A stretch of 63,075 nucleotides of DNA, the filler included, from Octopus bimaculoides (taxonomy: Eukaryota), in NCBI RefSeq assembly GCF_001194135.2. It is 3 parts of 3 records of this genome, joined end to end, with 100 filler letters (N's around TTAATTAATTAA, not from the genome) between each part and the next. Parts side by side here need not be neighbours in the genome. Positions count along the whole stretch, not along the records: positions 1 to 30,227 come from NC_068985.1; positions 30,328 to 50,386 come from NC_069000.1; 1 more part is not named here. One strand, given 5' to 3'. Made by a program: the position numbers and the translations under genes. The notes under the pieces are model-generated. The model was not told the origin of the DNA. It worked only from the letters and a program-made list of their open reading frames with translations, and ran no database searches. Within the stretch, counting starts at the first letter, position 1; every line of letters begins with the position of its first letter. Of this stretch, positions 23,401-34,452 are shown piece after piece.

Positions 23401-26400
23401 TTCACAAAATCAGAAAGACTACAGCTACAAACTATCAAAAGTAGTGTCAAAATATGTAAAACATTCAAGAAGTTTAGCGTAATAAAATCCACATATGCAA
23501 TAACATCTTTACCTGCATCCACGTCTGCATGTAAACAAAAATATGTATATATATTTATGCATACCTGTGTACATACATACATACATACATACATACATAC
23601 ATACATACAAGACTAACCCTGATTGATGTCTAAATTCATATGAAAGAGTCTTGTTTCTAGTCTAAAAACGAGACTCTCCATTTGTGACGAATTCGAAAAA
23701 TAAACAAGCAAATATCTCTCTGCTCTCTCTCTCTCTCTCTTTCTTTGCTCTCTCTTTTTCTCATACACACACACGCACACATGCATATATATATATATAT
23801 ATANNNNNNNNNNNNNNNNNNNNNNNNNNNNNNNNNNNNNNNNNNNNNNNNNNNNNNNNNNNNNNNNNNNNNNNNNNNNNNNNNNNNNNNNNNNNNNNNN
23901 NNNNNNNNNNNNNNNNNNNNNNNNNNNNNNNNNNNNNNNNNNNNNNNNNNNNNNNNNNNNNNNNNNNNNNNNNNNNNNNNNNNNNNNNNNNNNNNNNNNN
24001 NNNNNNNNNNNNNNNNNNNNNNNNNNNNNNNNNNNNNNNNNNNNNNNNNNNNNNNNNNNNNNNNNNNNNNNNNNNNNNNNNNNNNNNNNNNNNNNNNNNN
24101 NNNNNNNNNNNNNNNNNNNNNNNNNNNNNNNNNNNNNNNNNNNNNNNNNNNNNNNNNNNNNNNNNNNNNNNNNNNNNNNNNNNNNNNNNNNNNNNNNNNN
24201 NNNNNNNNNNNNNNNNNNNNNNNNNNNNNNNNNNNNNNNNNNNNNNNNNNNNNNNNNNNNNNNNNNNNNNNNNNNNNNNNNNNNNNNNNNNNNNNNNNNN
24301 NNNNNNNNNNNNNNNNNNNNNNNNNNNNNNNNNNNNNNNNNNNNNNNNNNNNNNNNNNNNNNNNNNNNNNNNNNNNNNNNNNNNNNNNNNNNNNNNNNNN
24401 NNNNNNNNNNNNNNNNNNNNNNNNNNNNNNNNNNNNNNNNNNNNNNNNNNNNNNNNNNNNNNNNNNNNNNGCACCATTTTGCATTATGTTCAAAGTAGCT
24501 ACTGGAATGTGGTGAATTGCTGCAGTCTGTGGCTGTCATTTTAAACCGGTTGCTGTCTTTCCCCAGCAAACTCTCTTCTTTGGAGGCATAATCTATGTAT
24601 ATATTAAACAGAACAACAAAAGTTATAATAGATGGCAGGGTCGGTACTTTTCATATATCTGTAATTTTTAAGATTAACACCCGCACGATTACCCAACCCT
24701 AATCCTAAACCTAATCCTAACCCTAACCCTAACACTAACCCTAAACCCTAACCCTAACCCTGACCCTAAAAAACGTAACCGTAACATTAATACTAAACCC
24801 TAACCCTGACCCTAAAACCCTAACTTTAACACCCTAGTGAAAATCGTGGTAAATTTACAAAACATTGACGAACATGAGTTATATTTTACTGAATGATTGT
24901 GTACTTGCACGTGTATGCTTTTGAGAGAGCGAGAGAAGAAGAGGTAGAGAGGGGGAGAGAAAGGAATAGGGGTAGTTAAAAGTTTTCTTATGACTGCTTC
25001 TCTTCACTGCCTATTACTTCATTAGAAATCTATGGATGCACATAAGCACATAATAGAGAAAAATGAAACAAATATGGACGACTTGCTCCGAAACACCACC
25101 GAGTGGGGAACACTTCTCAAAAATAACCTGCAGTTGTTTCCTTCAAAATTCCTAAATGCTTGAAATGTACATACATCAAGGTACATTTGTACAAAATTTC
25201 ANNNNNNNNNNNNNNNNNNNNNNNNNNNNNNNNNNNNNNNNNNNNNNNNNNNNNNNNNNNNNNNNNNNNNNNNNNNNNNNNNNNNNNNNNNNNNNNNNNN
25301 NNNNNNNNNNNNNNNNNNNNNNNNNNNNNNNNNNNNNNNNNNNNNNNNNNNNNNNNNNNNNNNNNNNNNNNNNNNNNNNNNNNNNNNNNNNNNNNNNNNN
25401 NNNNNNNNNNNNNNNNNNNNNNNNNNNNNNNNNNNNNNNNNNNNNNNNNNNNAGGTCATGTATGTGTGGTTGTGTGTGTTTTTACGTATCTATGTTATGA
25501 AAAATAGGTAAAGAATACTGAGATGAAAGTTTAATCTATGACGTTGTATGTATCACTTTCTCTCTCTCTCCCTCTCCCTCTTTTACTCTTACTCTCTATA
25601 TTTTTATGTTGAGCGTGTGTGTAAGAATGGTGTTCCAGGTAGAAGGGATGAAATATAAAAGTTGCTAGAAACAATAGCCAAATCTCCCTTAAATCACACA
25701 AAGTAAACGGAATTTTTAAAATCTAACTACTGCACTTGAAAGTTCAGATCGAGAAAATTCCATTGATCTAAAAATTTTTACGAAAAAGTGGAAAATGTGG
25801 ATTTCTATAAACTTTTAAAAAGGCTTCACACAGACACACAACTTTAGCTTTATATATTAAGATAGATATACATATACATACATAAGTAGAATGGAGTTAC
25901 AGATCCGCAAAACAAAATTATACGAAATATTGAAATTTGGATAGATAAATGTTTTGCATTGCCCTATACTGTGTAGAAGGGTCATGTCCATCACATAAAA
26001 ACTCTGTCCTCGCAATACAGTAAAATATCTGATTTTATAAATGTTATTGCTACTTTCTTTATGTATTTAGTAGAAATGAAAAGATGTGAGATCTTCTAAG
26101 TGGTGTACATACCCTGGACAATCCATCTTGATCATTTCTCCAACAGCTCCTCTCGCAATTCGTCTCACCACTGGAATAAGTTGAATACAAAATCAATTAT
26201 CAGGCTTTGATACTTCGAGGCAAACCAATTTTGACTAAATGACTTCACAAGAATATTCTATAGACATTTATAAATTCTTGAAATACCAACCTTTGTGTTT
26301 ACTTTCACCGCTAATTTCACGCCATTTTTCATTTGTAATTTTAGCTTTCTGGGTATTGTCGTCTAAAACATTGAAACATCATTGTTAATGATATCGAACT

Positions 26401-26524
26401 GTAATAGTTAATAATTTCATTTAAGGTATATACATACACACACACACACATACATACATACACACATACATACATACATACATACATACATACATACACA
26501 CACATACATAAATACATACATACA

Positions 26525-26555
<31 letters not shown>

Positions 26556-29500
26556 TTCGTATGTGTATTTGGTATGCAAGATTCTTGATGTGGATACGTG
26601 TGTTGAAAGAAATACAATTAAACCTTGGGAGAGGCATTATGCCAGTAATAAACACACGCACTGATTCAATCCTTTATTAATTTATAGACAGTATTAATTA
26701 ATTTTTTTTTTACATACATTCCCATCAAAATATCTCTCAAGTGTAAGCATAAGAGGCTGGATATTGTTGTTTGGGACAGACAAAAGTATGTACCGTCACA
26801 GAGGACAGCTATCCTGCTGACGTGAATACCTCTTTGAAAATCAAAGTGAAAGAAGATAACTATGGACGACTGCTTCGAAACCTCCAGCTTCTATATTCAG
26901 ATTACAAATTTACATTTATACCAATAATCATTGGAATACTTGGTTCTGTAAGTAACTTCTCAAATATCAGTCTGGATCAGCTTGGATTTACAAAAAAAGA
27001 AATCAACCAACTGATTCGCACATTACAAACAAATCTGTAAGCGGAACAGTAAAATTATGCAAGAGTTTTCTCAGGTTTAAAATGTGACATTGTTTTCGGT
27101 ATCTACATTCCAAAGCTGGAGCTTTGTATCTTTGTTAGAAACAAGCTCCTTCTTCAGAAGAAGAATTTAAATTGATTAAATATAGAAGAGACATACATAC
27201 ATACATACATACATACATACATACGAACTCGAAGCGACAAGTCGCGTATTTGGCGTGGGAAACTATTTATCGAAAATACGATTAATACCATCTCTAACTT
27301 TGGAACCACAACTATCAGCCTTGTTAAATAACTGGTTAATCTTCAGATGAATTAACTGAAGGAGCCTTTTATTCATGATTGCAGTGATTATCGACTGAAA
27401 CTTGAATTTAGCATGCAGAGAGTTACTACAAACAATATGGTTGGACACGACATCAACAACAACACAGCCGAGAAACAGAACGAAAAAAACAGCTCAAAAG
27501 GTTAACAAATTATTTCTAGCTGTAGTGAAAGAAGAAACCGTAATTAAAAACTCATTTCTCTTGGAGTTATGAACTGAATACTGATCTATTTAACTGCTAC
27601 GAAAAAGCGAAACAAAACCCCGCTGTTGGCTATATGAACCAATTGAAATCATATTGGGACGAACTGCATCCAGAATTAAATCATTTTACTGCGAAGCATC
27701 TATACCGACAAACAACATTTGTAGAACATAGGGAGAAGGTTAGTAACTGTAACTTTAGTAAAAAATCAAAAATTTACCTTCTTCCCAGCCTCATGAACAA
27801 AAACGAAAACGTGAATGATGTAAGACACCATGAGGTTTCGCAGCTAGCGACATTCCAACAGATTCCATAGTGCCTGCCAGCCAAGCGACATTACTAGCAC
27901 AAGTAACTGACCACTGTTCACCTACTACGACTCTGGTAAATAGTAAGCACAACCGCAACGATTATTGTGGTAGTAGTGGTAGTCAGGATTATATATCGGT
28001 GAAATGTCCCCTTACTGAAATTTTCCGAGAAAAAATAACTTTGGCTTTGAAGTACTCTCTCGGGGAGAGAGTATTCTCTACCAAAGTAAGTAAAAAAACA
28101 TCAGACTCCGGTATTAAAAGCTGTTAACGAAATTGGTGATGAATATTTACAGCAGTGTGATGAACCCACATACTGGCTGATTAACGCCTGGCTGTATACT
28201 CTGGCTACTACTGCAAAGCACTACATGAATGGCATTCAAAAAGTAAACAGAACCAAAATAACAAAGAAAGTAACATCAGGGGTTTTGAAGACATAGAAAA
28301 AGATAACTGGTTTTGCGGAAGACCATCAGTCATGTAAGGCATCAGCTTATTGCGTGCAAACAAGCAAATCACTATACGTCCCACCAACAGAAAGTCAAGG
28401 TGATAAAAATGATGTTTGGAGACAGCAAAAAGAGGACACACTTTCAAACTGATTACCCTCAAGCAGGAGCTAAAAGTTGTCAGTGAAAAACTCCAACATC
28501 AGAAGAGAATAACTGAGAGAAGAGCAATAAACAAAAACTTTAACCGGAACTAGGCAGCAGTATACAGAGCCATGAGAGGAGGAGCAGTGAACAACACAGA
28601 AGCTCCTTCATGAGAACTCATAGACTCCTTCTGGAGGAAAATCTGGAGTGAAGAGAAGGAGTTTAACCAAGATGCTCTGCGGCTGGAAGAAATCTGAAGA
28701 AGTTATTGCTCCTGCCTTACACCCAAGACATACAACATTGATGGTGAAACTCTTGCAACTGTGATCCACCTGGAAGAGACTTGATTGACGAATATTGGTA
28801 CAAGAAGCTAACCTTCTACCGACCATATCTTATCAATCTGTACCAGCAAGCTTTCATTGGGAACAGTAGCATACCACACTGGTTAGCTCTGGCAGAGACA
28901 AAATTGATCCCCAAATGAAGAACCACTCACATGGCAAAAAAACTACCGGCCAATTGCATGCCAGAACTTAATGTATAAGATATATACAGTATGTTTAAAC
29001 CTTTTCTTCCATTGTGAAACCAATAACATCTATTTCTTTATTGCTCACAGGGGACTAAATATAGAGAGGACAAACAAGGAACTAAGTCGATTACATCGAT
29101 CCTAGTGCATGACTGGTACTTATTTAATCGATCTCGAAAGGATAAAAGGCTAAGTCGACCTCGGCGGAATTTGAACTTAGAACGTAGCGGCAGACGAAAT
29201 ACCAATTTCTTTATTGCCCACCAGGGACTAAACATAGAAATGGACAGAACAACTGATGGGATCAGTAAATCGGTATGATTTTACATAAAATATGACTTTT
29301 AAAAATTAAATAAAATATATAAAAAATCGAATGAAATTAACAATACAGGGACAATACAAATGAAGCGATGATCAGGTCACGCTCCGACCTCACAAGCCCG
29401 ATCTATNNNNNNNNNNNNNNNNNNNNNNNNNNNNNNNNNNNNNNNNNNNNNNNNNNNNNNNNNNNNNNNNNNNNNNNNNNNNNNNNNNNNNNNNNNNNNN

Positions 29501-30495
29501 NNNTTTGGAATGTACACTCCGACAGACATCTCTTCTCCAGCCACAACTTCCTTTTCGAATGAAAAGTAAAAAATGAACGAAAACTGTGGCCAGAGATAAA
29601 GTTGCCTGTCTTAATTCCTTTTATCCTAGTCTTCCATACTGCCTCTTTCGCTATTGCTACAACCGTAAGAAAACAATTCTTACCTTCGTTTGTTAAAACT
29701 CCCGGTGGGTCAATTTTTATAATTGACTCAGTCGACAGCTGTACTCTTCCTTCGCCGGACAACAGATGTTCACCATAAGCCCACATTTCAGATATCTCCG
29801 GACACTGAACAATAGCGTGAGGGACGGTTTCCCTGTCTCCCCCGCATCTTGGACAGGTCAAGACGCTTACCGTGTCTTGCGAGCTTATCCCAAACGGGCA
29901 AGACATTTCTGTAGCATTGCCAGGTTAAGGACTTTTGGAAGTTGTCCAACGTTCTCAACCCGAATGTACGGTGAAACAGGCTGTCCAGTTGAATAAACCC
30001 GAGACCTAGAGTCGCCCCCCAGGCCATCATCGCATTCAGACTCTATCAACCCACTATATAAAATCCATGTGGAACCCCCATCGCTGGCGTTGCCCGAGCG
30101 CCGGAATAGCAAGAGGGCCTTACGGCACTCTTTATGCCATTCACTCGATCTCGATCTACGAGAACACCAGGCTTCCTGTTCGCAAAAACTTTTGAACTCG
30201 GGGAATATTTGTCTGGCCAGCGGAGACNNNNNNNNNNNNNNNNNNNNNNNNNNNNNNNNNNNNNNNNNNNNTTAATTAATTAANNNNNNNNNNNNNNNNN
30301 NNNNNNNNNNNNNNNNNNNNNNNNNNNTAACCATCACCATCATCATCCTTTAATGGCTGTTTTCCAAGCTGGCATGGGTTGGATAGTTTGACCAGAGCTG
30401 GCAAGCAAGGAGGAGAGCTGCTTCAGGTTCCAGTTTGATTTGGCTAGGTTCCTATGGCTGGATCCTCTTCCTAATGCCAACCACTTTATGGCATG

Positions 30496-30539
<44 letters not shown>

Positions 30540-33500
30540 GGAGAGAGTTAGTGTAGAAGAAATTCAGTTTGGATTTGTGCCAAGCAGGAGTATGACTGAT
30601 GCTATATGCCTGGTTAGGTAATTACAGGAAAAATATCTAGCCAAAAGTAAACTCCTGTACCTAGCTCTTGTCAACATGGAGAAAGCCTTTGACAGAGTCC
30701 GCTGTTCCCTTATCTGGTGGCCAGTGTGGAAACTAGGGATAGATGAGTGGTTGGAGAGAGCTGTACAAGCCATGTACAGGGATGCTGTCAGTAAGGTAAA
30801 GATTAGCAATAAATATAGCAATGAACTCAGGGTACAAGTAGGGGGTCCACCAAGGCTCAGACCTCAGCGCCCCGTCTTGTTCATCATAATCCTTCAGGCA
30901 ATAACAGATGGGCTGCCTCTGGGAGCTCCTCTATGCTGCTGAACTTGCCCTTACAGCCAAGTCACTATTGGTACTAGAAAAGAAATTTCAGGTGTGGAAT
31001 CAAGATCTAGAATCAAAGGGTCTTACAGTTAATCTACCAAAAACCAAAGTTGTAGTAAGTGGGAAAGCAGACAAACCACAAATCCCCTCAGGTAGATGGC
31101 CCTACTTGATCTGTAGAAAAGGTGTTGGTAGAAACTACATAAGATGTCCCCAGTGTAAGCTATGGACACATAAGAGGTGTAGCAATATCAGAGCAAGGTT
31201 AACAGTTTTTGTGTGTGGAAGGTGCACAGGTACAATAAACACTACAAATATAAAGAAAATAGACTCCATCAAATGTCAGGAGGAAAGCTGGAAGTAGGTC
31301 ACCAAGTCAGTAGCAGAGGTGGATGCTCCATGAGTGTAGTTGCTAGAATAAGAATAGGATGGGCAAAGTTCAGAAAGCTCCTACCTCTGTTGTTAACAAA
31401 GGGCCTCTCCTCAGAGTGAAAGGCAGATTGTATGATGTCTGTGTGTGAACAGCCATGCTACATAGCAGTGAAACATGGGCTGTGACTGCCAAGGACATGT
31501 ATAGGCTTGAAAGAAATGAAGCTAGTATGCTTCACTTGATGTGCAATGTCAGTGTGCATGTACGGCAGAGTGTAAGCGTCTTGAGAGAAAAGTTGAGCAT
31601 AAGAGGCATCAGATGTGGAATGTAAGAGACAACTGCATTGATATGGTCAGGTGATGCAGATGAATGTGGACAGCTGTTTGCAGAAGTGCTGATCTCTAAC
31701 AGTGGAGGGAATCTGTGGAAGAGAGAGACCCATGAAGTGATGAAGCATGATCTTTGAACGTTGGGCTTCATGATGGCAATGACTAATGACTGAGACCTTT
31801 GGTGATATGCCGTGCTTGAGAAGACATGTCAAGCCAAGTGCAATCATAGTCGTGGCTGTTGATGGTATCATGTAACTGGCACCCATGCTAGTGACATGTA
31901 AATAACACCTTTCAAGTGTTGGGCCTCATGGAGGCAATATGGCCAATGCTGTGTCATGTAAAAAGCACCTTTTATGGAGACAATGACAAATGACTGAGAC
32001 TGTTGGCAATATGCTGTGCTTGAGAAGAAGACCCATCAAACCAAGTGAAACCATAGTCATGGCAGATATTGGTGTCACACAACTGGCACCCATGTCGGTG
32101 ACATGCAAAAGTTCCCATTACACTCTTGAAGTAGTTGGCACTAGGAAGGGCATCTAGCCATAGAGACCATGCCAAATCAGACTAGAGTTTGGTGCAGCCC
32201 TTCAGCTTACCAGCCCTTCAGCTTACCAGCCCTAGCCAAACAGTCAACCTGTGCCAGCATGGACAACGGATGTTAAATGATGCTGCTGCTGCTGATGATG
32301 ATATAAGGCACTTAAATGATAGGGCACCAGGTCAGGTCAAAAAGTAATCCATTAATCAATTAAAAATTCATTGGAAACAGCTGTAGTCAACTGACACATT
32401 ATCCATCTGTTGTTATATATATACTAGACATACCTGCTGTGACCCATTGGGTCACAACCACTCCAAGTTGAAAATGTTGATGCACAGTGGGAAAGGAAAA
32501 GATACTATTTCGAACTTCATGCAATAAAATTCTTAAATAATACAGTTCTCCTCCTCCCTCTGGTGTGACAACATAAACATGACCAAGTGTTTCTTCCTTG
32601 AAAACGTTCAAATGACCTTCAACTTTTTTCCTCTCTTTCTTCTTTGCTATTCTTTATTACTACTGTTCCAAGTGAAATACATGGGTACTTCAGCATGAAG
32701 TAATGCTTTTGAAAAGTCATCATTGATGCACATTGAAAAGAATTCTGTCAATGTTGTTCTCGTGTATCGTCCATTGACAGCCATATATATATACACATAC
32801 NNNNNNNNNNNNNNNNNNNNNNNNNNNNNNNNNNNNNNNNNNNNNNNNNNNNNNNNNNNNNNNNNNNNNNNNNNNNNNNNNNNNNNNNNNNNNNNNATAT
32901 ATATATATATATATATATCCTCATAATTTCTGAGCAATATCCTTTGTTCGTCTGGTGGATGAACTTGCAGTCTCACTATTGCAGGAGCTCTTTCATGAAT
33001 TGAAGATCCTAAAATGGATGCAACTGCTTCGGATGGTCCAACATACCTACCCATTGGATATTGACAAATTTCATTACCATTGTTTATTTGGTAATTTGAT
33101 AATTTCCTTTCAGCATGTACTTAATGACATACTTGATTGACCTCACTGAGGCAACAATTTCAACGTTGCAATGGCATTTGAATGTTCTTAAATGAGTTTC
33201 ATTATAAAGCATAACCCAGTTGTTTTTCCATTCTTATGAGATTCAACTCCTTCCTTTCCACTGATCTTTGTCTATAAAGAGATACTCTCTCTGTTTTTCT
33301 ATCTTTTGATTACGATGATAAAGATTAATATTTCATTTTAAATAAAATAGTAATTTTCCCCTTTAAGAAAAAAAAAAAAATCAAGTACCCGTGATTAAAA
33401 AATATCACATAAAAATATAAGGAGAATTTCTATCTTTTAAGTCCACAGCACTCCGAAAGTTGTATAAATGATTAAGGGAAGAAAAAAAAAATACAAAAAA

Positions 33501-34452
33501 GGATGGATGGCAGTAGCTGACACGACTCTTTAAAGTGTTGACAAAAATGATTATTTTATTTGTAATCTTTATCATTTTAATCAAATGGTAGGAAAATAAA
33601 GTTTTAGTATAATATAGACAGATATATATGACAGGCTTCTTTCAATTTTTGTCTACCATATCCTCTCACAAGGCTTTGGTTGGCCCAGAGATTTAGTTTA
33701 CGTCACATACTCAAGATGTCATGCAGTGGGACTAAACCTCAAATAATGCAGTTGGGAAACAAACTTCTTGTCAGGCAGCCATGCCCGTGTCTATATAATG
33801 GTTGTGCAACTCTCTCTCTATTTCTCTTTCTGTCTTTATATGTATATATAGTTTAAATCAGTCATCTTGGACCAAAACTGGTTTAAGTTGAAGTTTCATC
33901 AAACGCCTATTTGGATCCTCAGTTGACCAGTTTGGTTGAAGGCTTGCAGCACACTTAACAAATATGCCTTTAACTGAGGACCAGATTAAGACCCATAGAG
34001 GCTCTAAGCACTTAAAAGATTTTGGTGCCTCATATATATAGAAATGCAATTCAAAATATAAACAATTATGAACCATAAAATTAGTTTTTACTTTTTAAAA
34101 TGAAACAAAACAAAAATAACAGTAAAATGGAAAATAATGTTTATTTTTGTTTTTTATTCACTTTATTTCATCATCATCATTGTTTAACATCTATCTTCCA
34201 TGCTAGCATGGGTGGCCTATGTTTTTAATTGAAAAGTCTTTGATCAGATCCTCGCTATGACACCATGAACACTCCAGAATTATATTTCTGATCATATATA
34301 TCTCTTCAAATATTATTTAGCAAATTTAAAGTGATTTCTTTTGTGCTGTAGGTCATTTACCGTTTCTGTGGTGTCCTCCTTCCCTCAATGCCTTAAGGAT
34401 GTGCTTATTTTGCTTAATAGCTAATCCAGCACTGCTACAACCATATGGCTGA
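18292..34452 (-). CDS. Multi-exon Ig-superfamily gene, FAM187A-like (C-terminal 183 aa recovered; 5' exons not resolved)
   Basis: Seven GT-AG exons with compatible phases splice to QPYGCSSAGL..HHRN-DDNTQK..HK-VVRRIARGAVGEMIKMDCPG-TNLNSLVWWKNG..DQGKYSCWLHGKLRAVYKFI-VRPPMEQTR-GHYNLASDDE-VIVCFHFMAFMFVFHHFMCYTRNVT*. The pattern CPG..W..D.G.Y.CW..G.L.A matches the second Ig domain of FAM187A as recalled. Confidence 0.75.
18544..18573 (-). CDS. 30-nt micro-exon (GHYNLASDDE)
   Basis: tttctctttattatatctgcag| acceptor, |GTGAGT donor, phase 1-1. Confidence 0.75.
18720..18746 (-). CDS. 27-nt micro-exon (VRPPMEQTR)
   Basis: tgtctgttttcag| acceptor, |GTAAGT donor, phase 1-1. Confidence 0.8.
19014..19210 (-). 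CDS. Ig-domain exon (C to G strands) of the FAM187A-like gene
   Basis: cctttctag| acceptor and |GTACGT donor. It encodes LVWWKNG..RVQVNPNGNLIINDIEQSDQGKYSCW, with Ig signature W and D-x-G-x-Y-x-C. Confidence 0.9.
19315..19620. mobile_element. Short RTE-3'-end-related interspersed element with a (CAT/GAT)n end
   Basis: Shares CATCATTTAACGTC..CCATGCTAGCAT..GATGCCCTTCCTAAC..AACCACT with the RTE 3' UTR at about 32.1-32.3 kb and with copies at 30.3, 36.1, 50.8 and 52.6 kb. Confidence 0.7.
20010..20130. repeat. (TCG)n(TTC)n microsatellite
   Basis: Seen directly. Confidence 0.95.
21580..22880 (-). pseudogene. Ancient, stop-riddled coding remnant of unknown identity
   Basis: Non-repetitive AT-rich stretch. 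The minus strand gives long protein-like runs broken by single stops and frameshifts (HLLQARWWQNVKLQLKLTVDVIYFIQRNK; EYYLWHTFDLYINVIDKVMGGYDTERISGFLQK; ICYREIYKEKAVMEVGQIQ). Confidence 0.35.
23130..23612 (+). mobile_element. R4/Dong-like 3' fragment ending in (ACAT)n
   Basis: RLDIMI.DSEKKLCTVVE..ADVN..LGYITNC..LEKLGFTK..VKICKTFKKF, followed by an (ACAT)n tail. Confidence 0.75.
24695..24835. repeat. Interstitial telomere-like (CCCTAA)n array, degenerate
   Basis: CCCTAA/CCTAAA/CCCTGA units seen directly. TTAGGG is the molluscan telomere repeat. Confidence 0.8.
26113..26170 (-). CDS. Exon carrying the Ig A'/B strands (VVRRIARGAVGEMIKMDCPG)
   Basis: cttattccag| acceptor and |GTATGT donor. It ends CCA GG (phase 2), supplying the first Ig cysteine in the phase needed by exon 19014-19210. 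Confidence 0.85.
26291..26362 (-). CDS. 72-nt exon (DNTQKAKITNEKWREISGESKHK)
   Basis: tgttttag| acceptor, AAG|GTTGGT donor, phase 1-1, 120-nt intron to the next exon. Confidence 0.65.
26711..27224 (+). mobile_element. R4/Dong-like 3' fragment (RLE domain) with an (ACAT)n tail
   Basis: KCKHKRLDIVVWDRQ..YPADVN..LLRNLQLLYSDYKFTFIPIIIG.LG..SGTVKLCKSFLRFKM*. It is preceded by TACATACA and followed by (ACAT)n. Confidence 0.85.
27225..28995 (+). mobile_element. R4/Dong-like element 5' half (UTR, N-terminal domain, start of RT), decayed
   Basis: SWSYELNTDLFNCYEKAK.NPAVGYMNQLKSYWDELHPE; FWRKIWSEEKEFN; PGRDLIDEYWYKKL; KNYRPIACQNLMYKIYT. Confidence 0.85.
29035..29240 (-). mobile_element. tRNA-derived SINE (family also at 39.8-40.3, 42.0-42.4 and 61.6 kb)
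   Basis: Reverse complement of the GTTC(T/A)AATTCCGCCGAGGTCGAC..AATAAGTACCAGT body. Confidence 0.7.
29500..30227 (-). mobile_element. Tx1/L1-clade LINE C-terminal fragment (zf-RVT/CCHC region)
   Basis: LDNFQKSLTWQCYRNVLPVWDKL..TCPRCGGDRETVPHAIVQCP..WAY. Confidence 0.8.
30555..32300 (+). mobile_element. 5'-truncated RTE LINE (RT with PHD insertion, 3' UTR, (GAT/GCT)n tail)
   Basis: FGFVPSRSMTDAI..MEKAFDRV..GVHQG..WELLYA..GLTVNLPKTK, then a Cys/His cluster, then RIRIGWAKFRKLLPLL..SETWAV..RQLH*YGQVMQM. Confidence 0.9.
32424..33260 (-). mobile_element. Helitron fragment (Rep-region remnants) with its 3' terminus
   Basis: FKCHCNVEIVASVRSIKYV; GRYVGPSEAV..IHERAPAIVRLQVH; TTLTEFF..EVPMYFTW; ELYYLRILLHEVR. 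A GTGACCCAATGGGTCAC hairpin precedes CTAG|T at 32424-32427. Confidence 0.9.
34361..34452 (-). CDS. 92-nt exon (QPYGCSSAGLAIKQNKHILKALREGGHHRN)
   Basis: ttgaattctcag| acceptor, ACG|GTAAAT donor, open frame, phase compatible with the downstream exon. GCSS resembles the SCGS motif of the FAM187A middle region. Confidence 0.55.

Noticed and set aside
30272-30283. TTAATTAATTAA isolated between N runs (also at 50431-50442)
   Set aside because: An identical palindromic 12-mer with stops in all frames inside gaps is most likely an assembly spacer, not biology.
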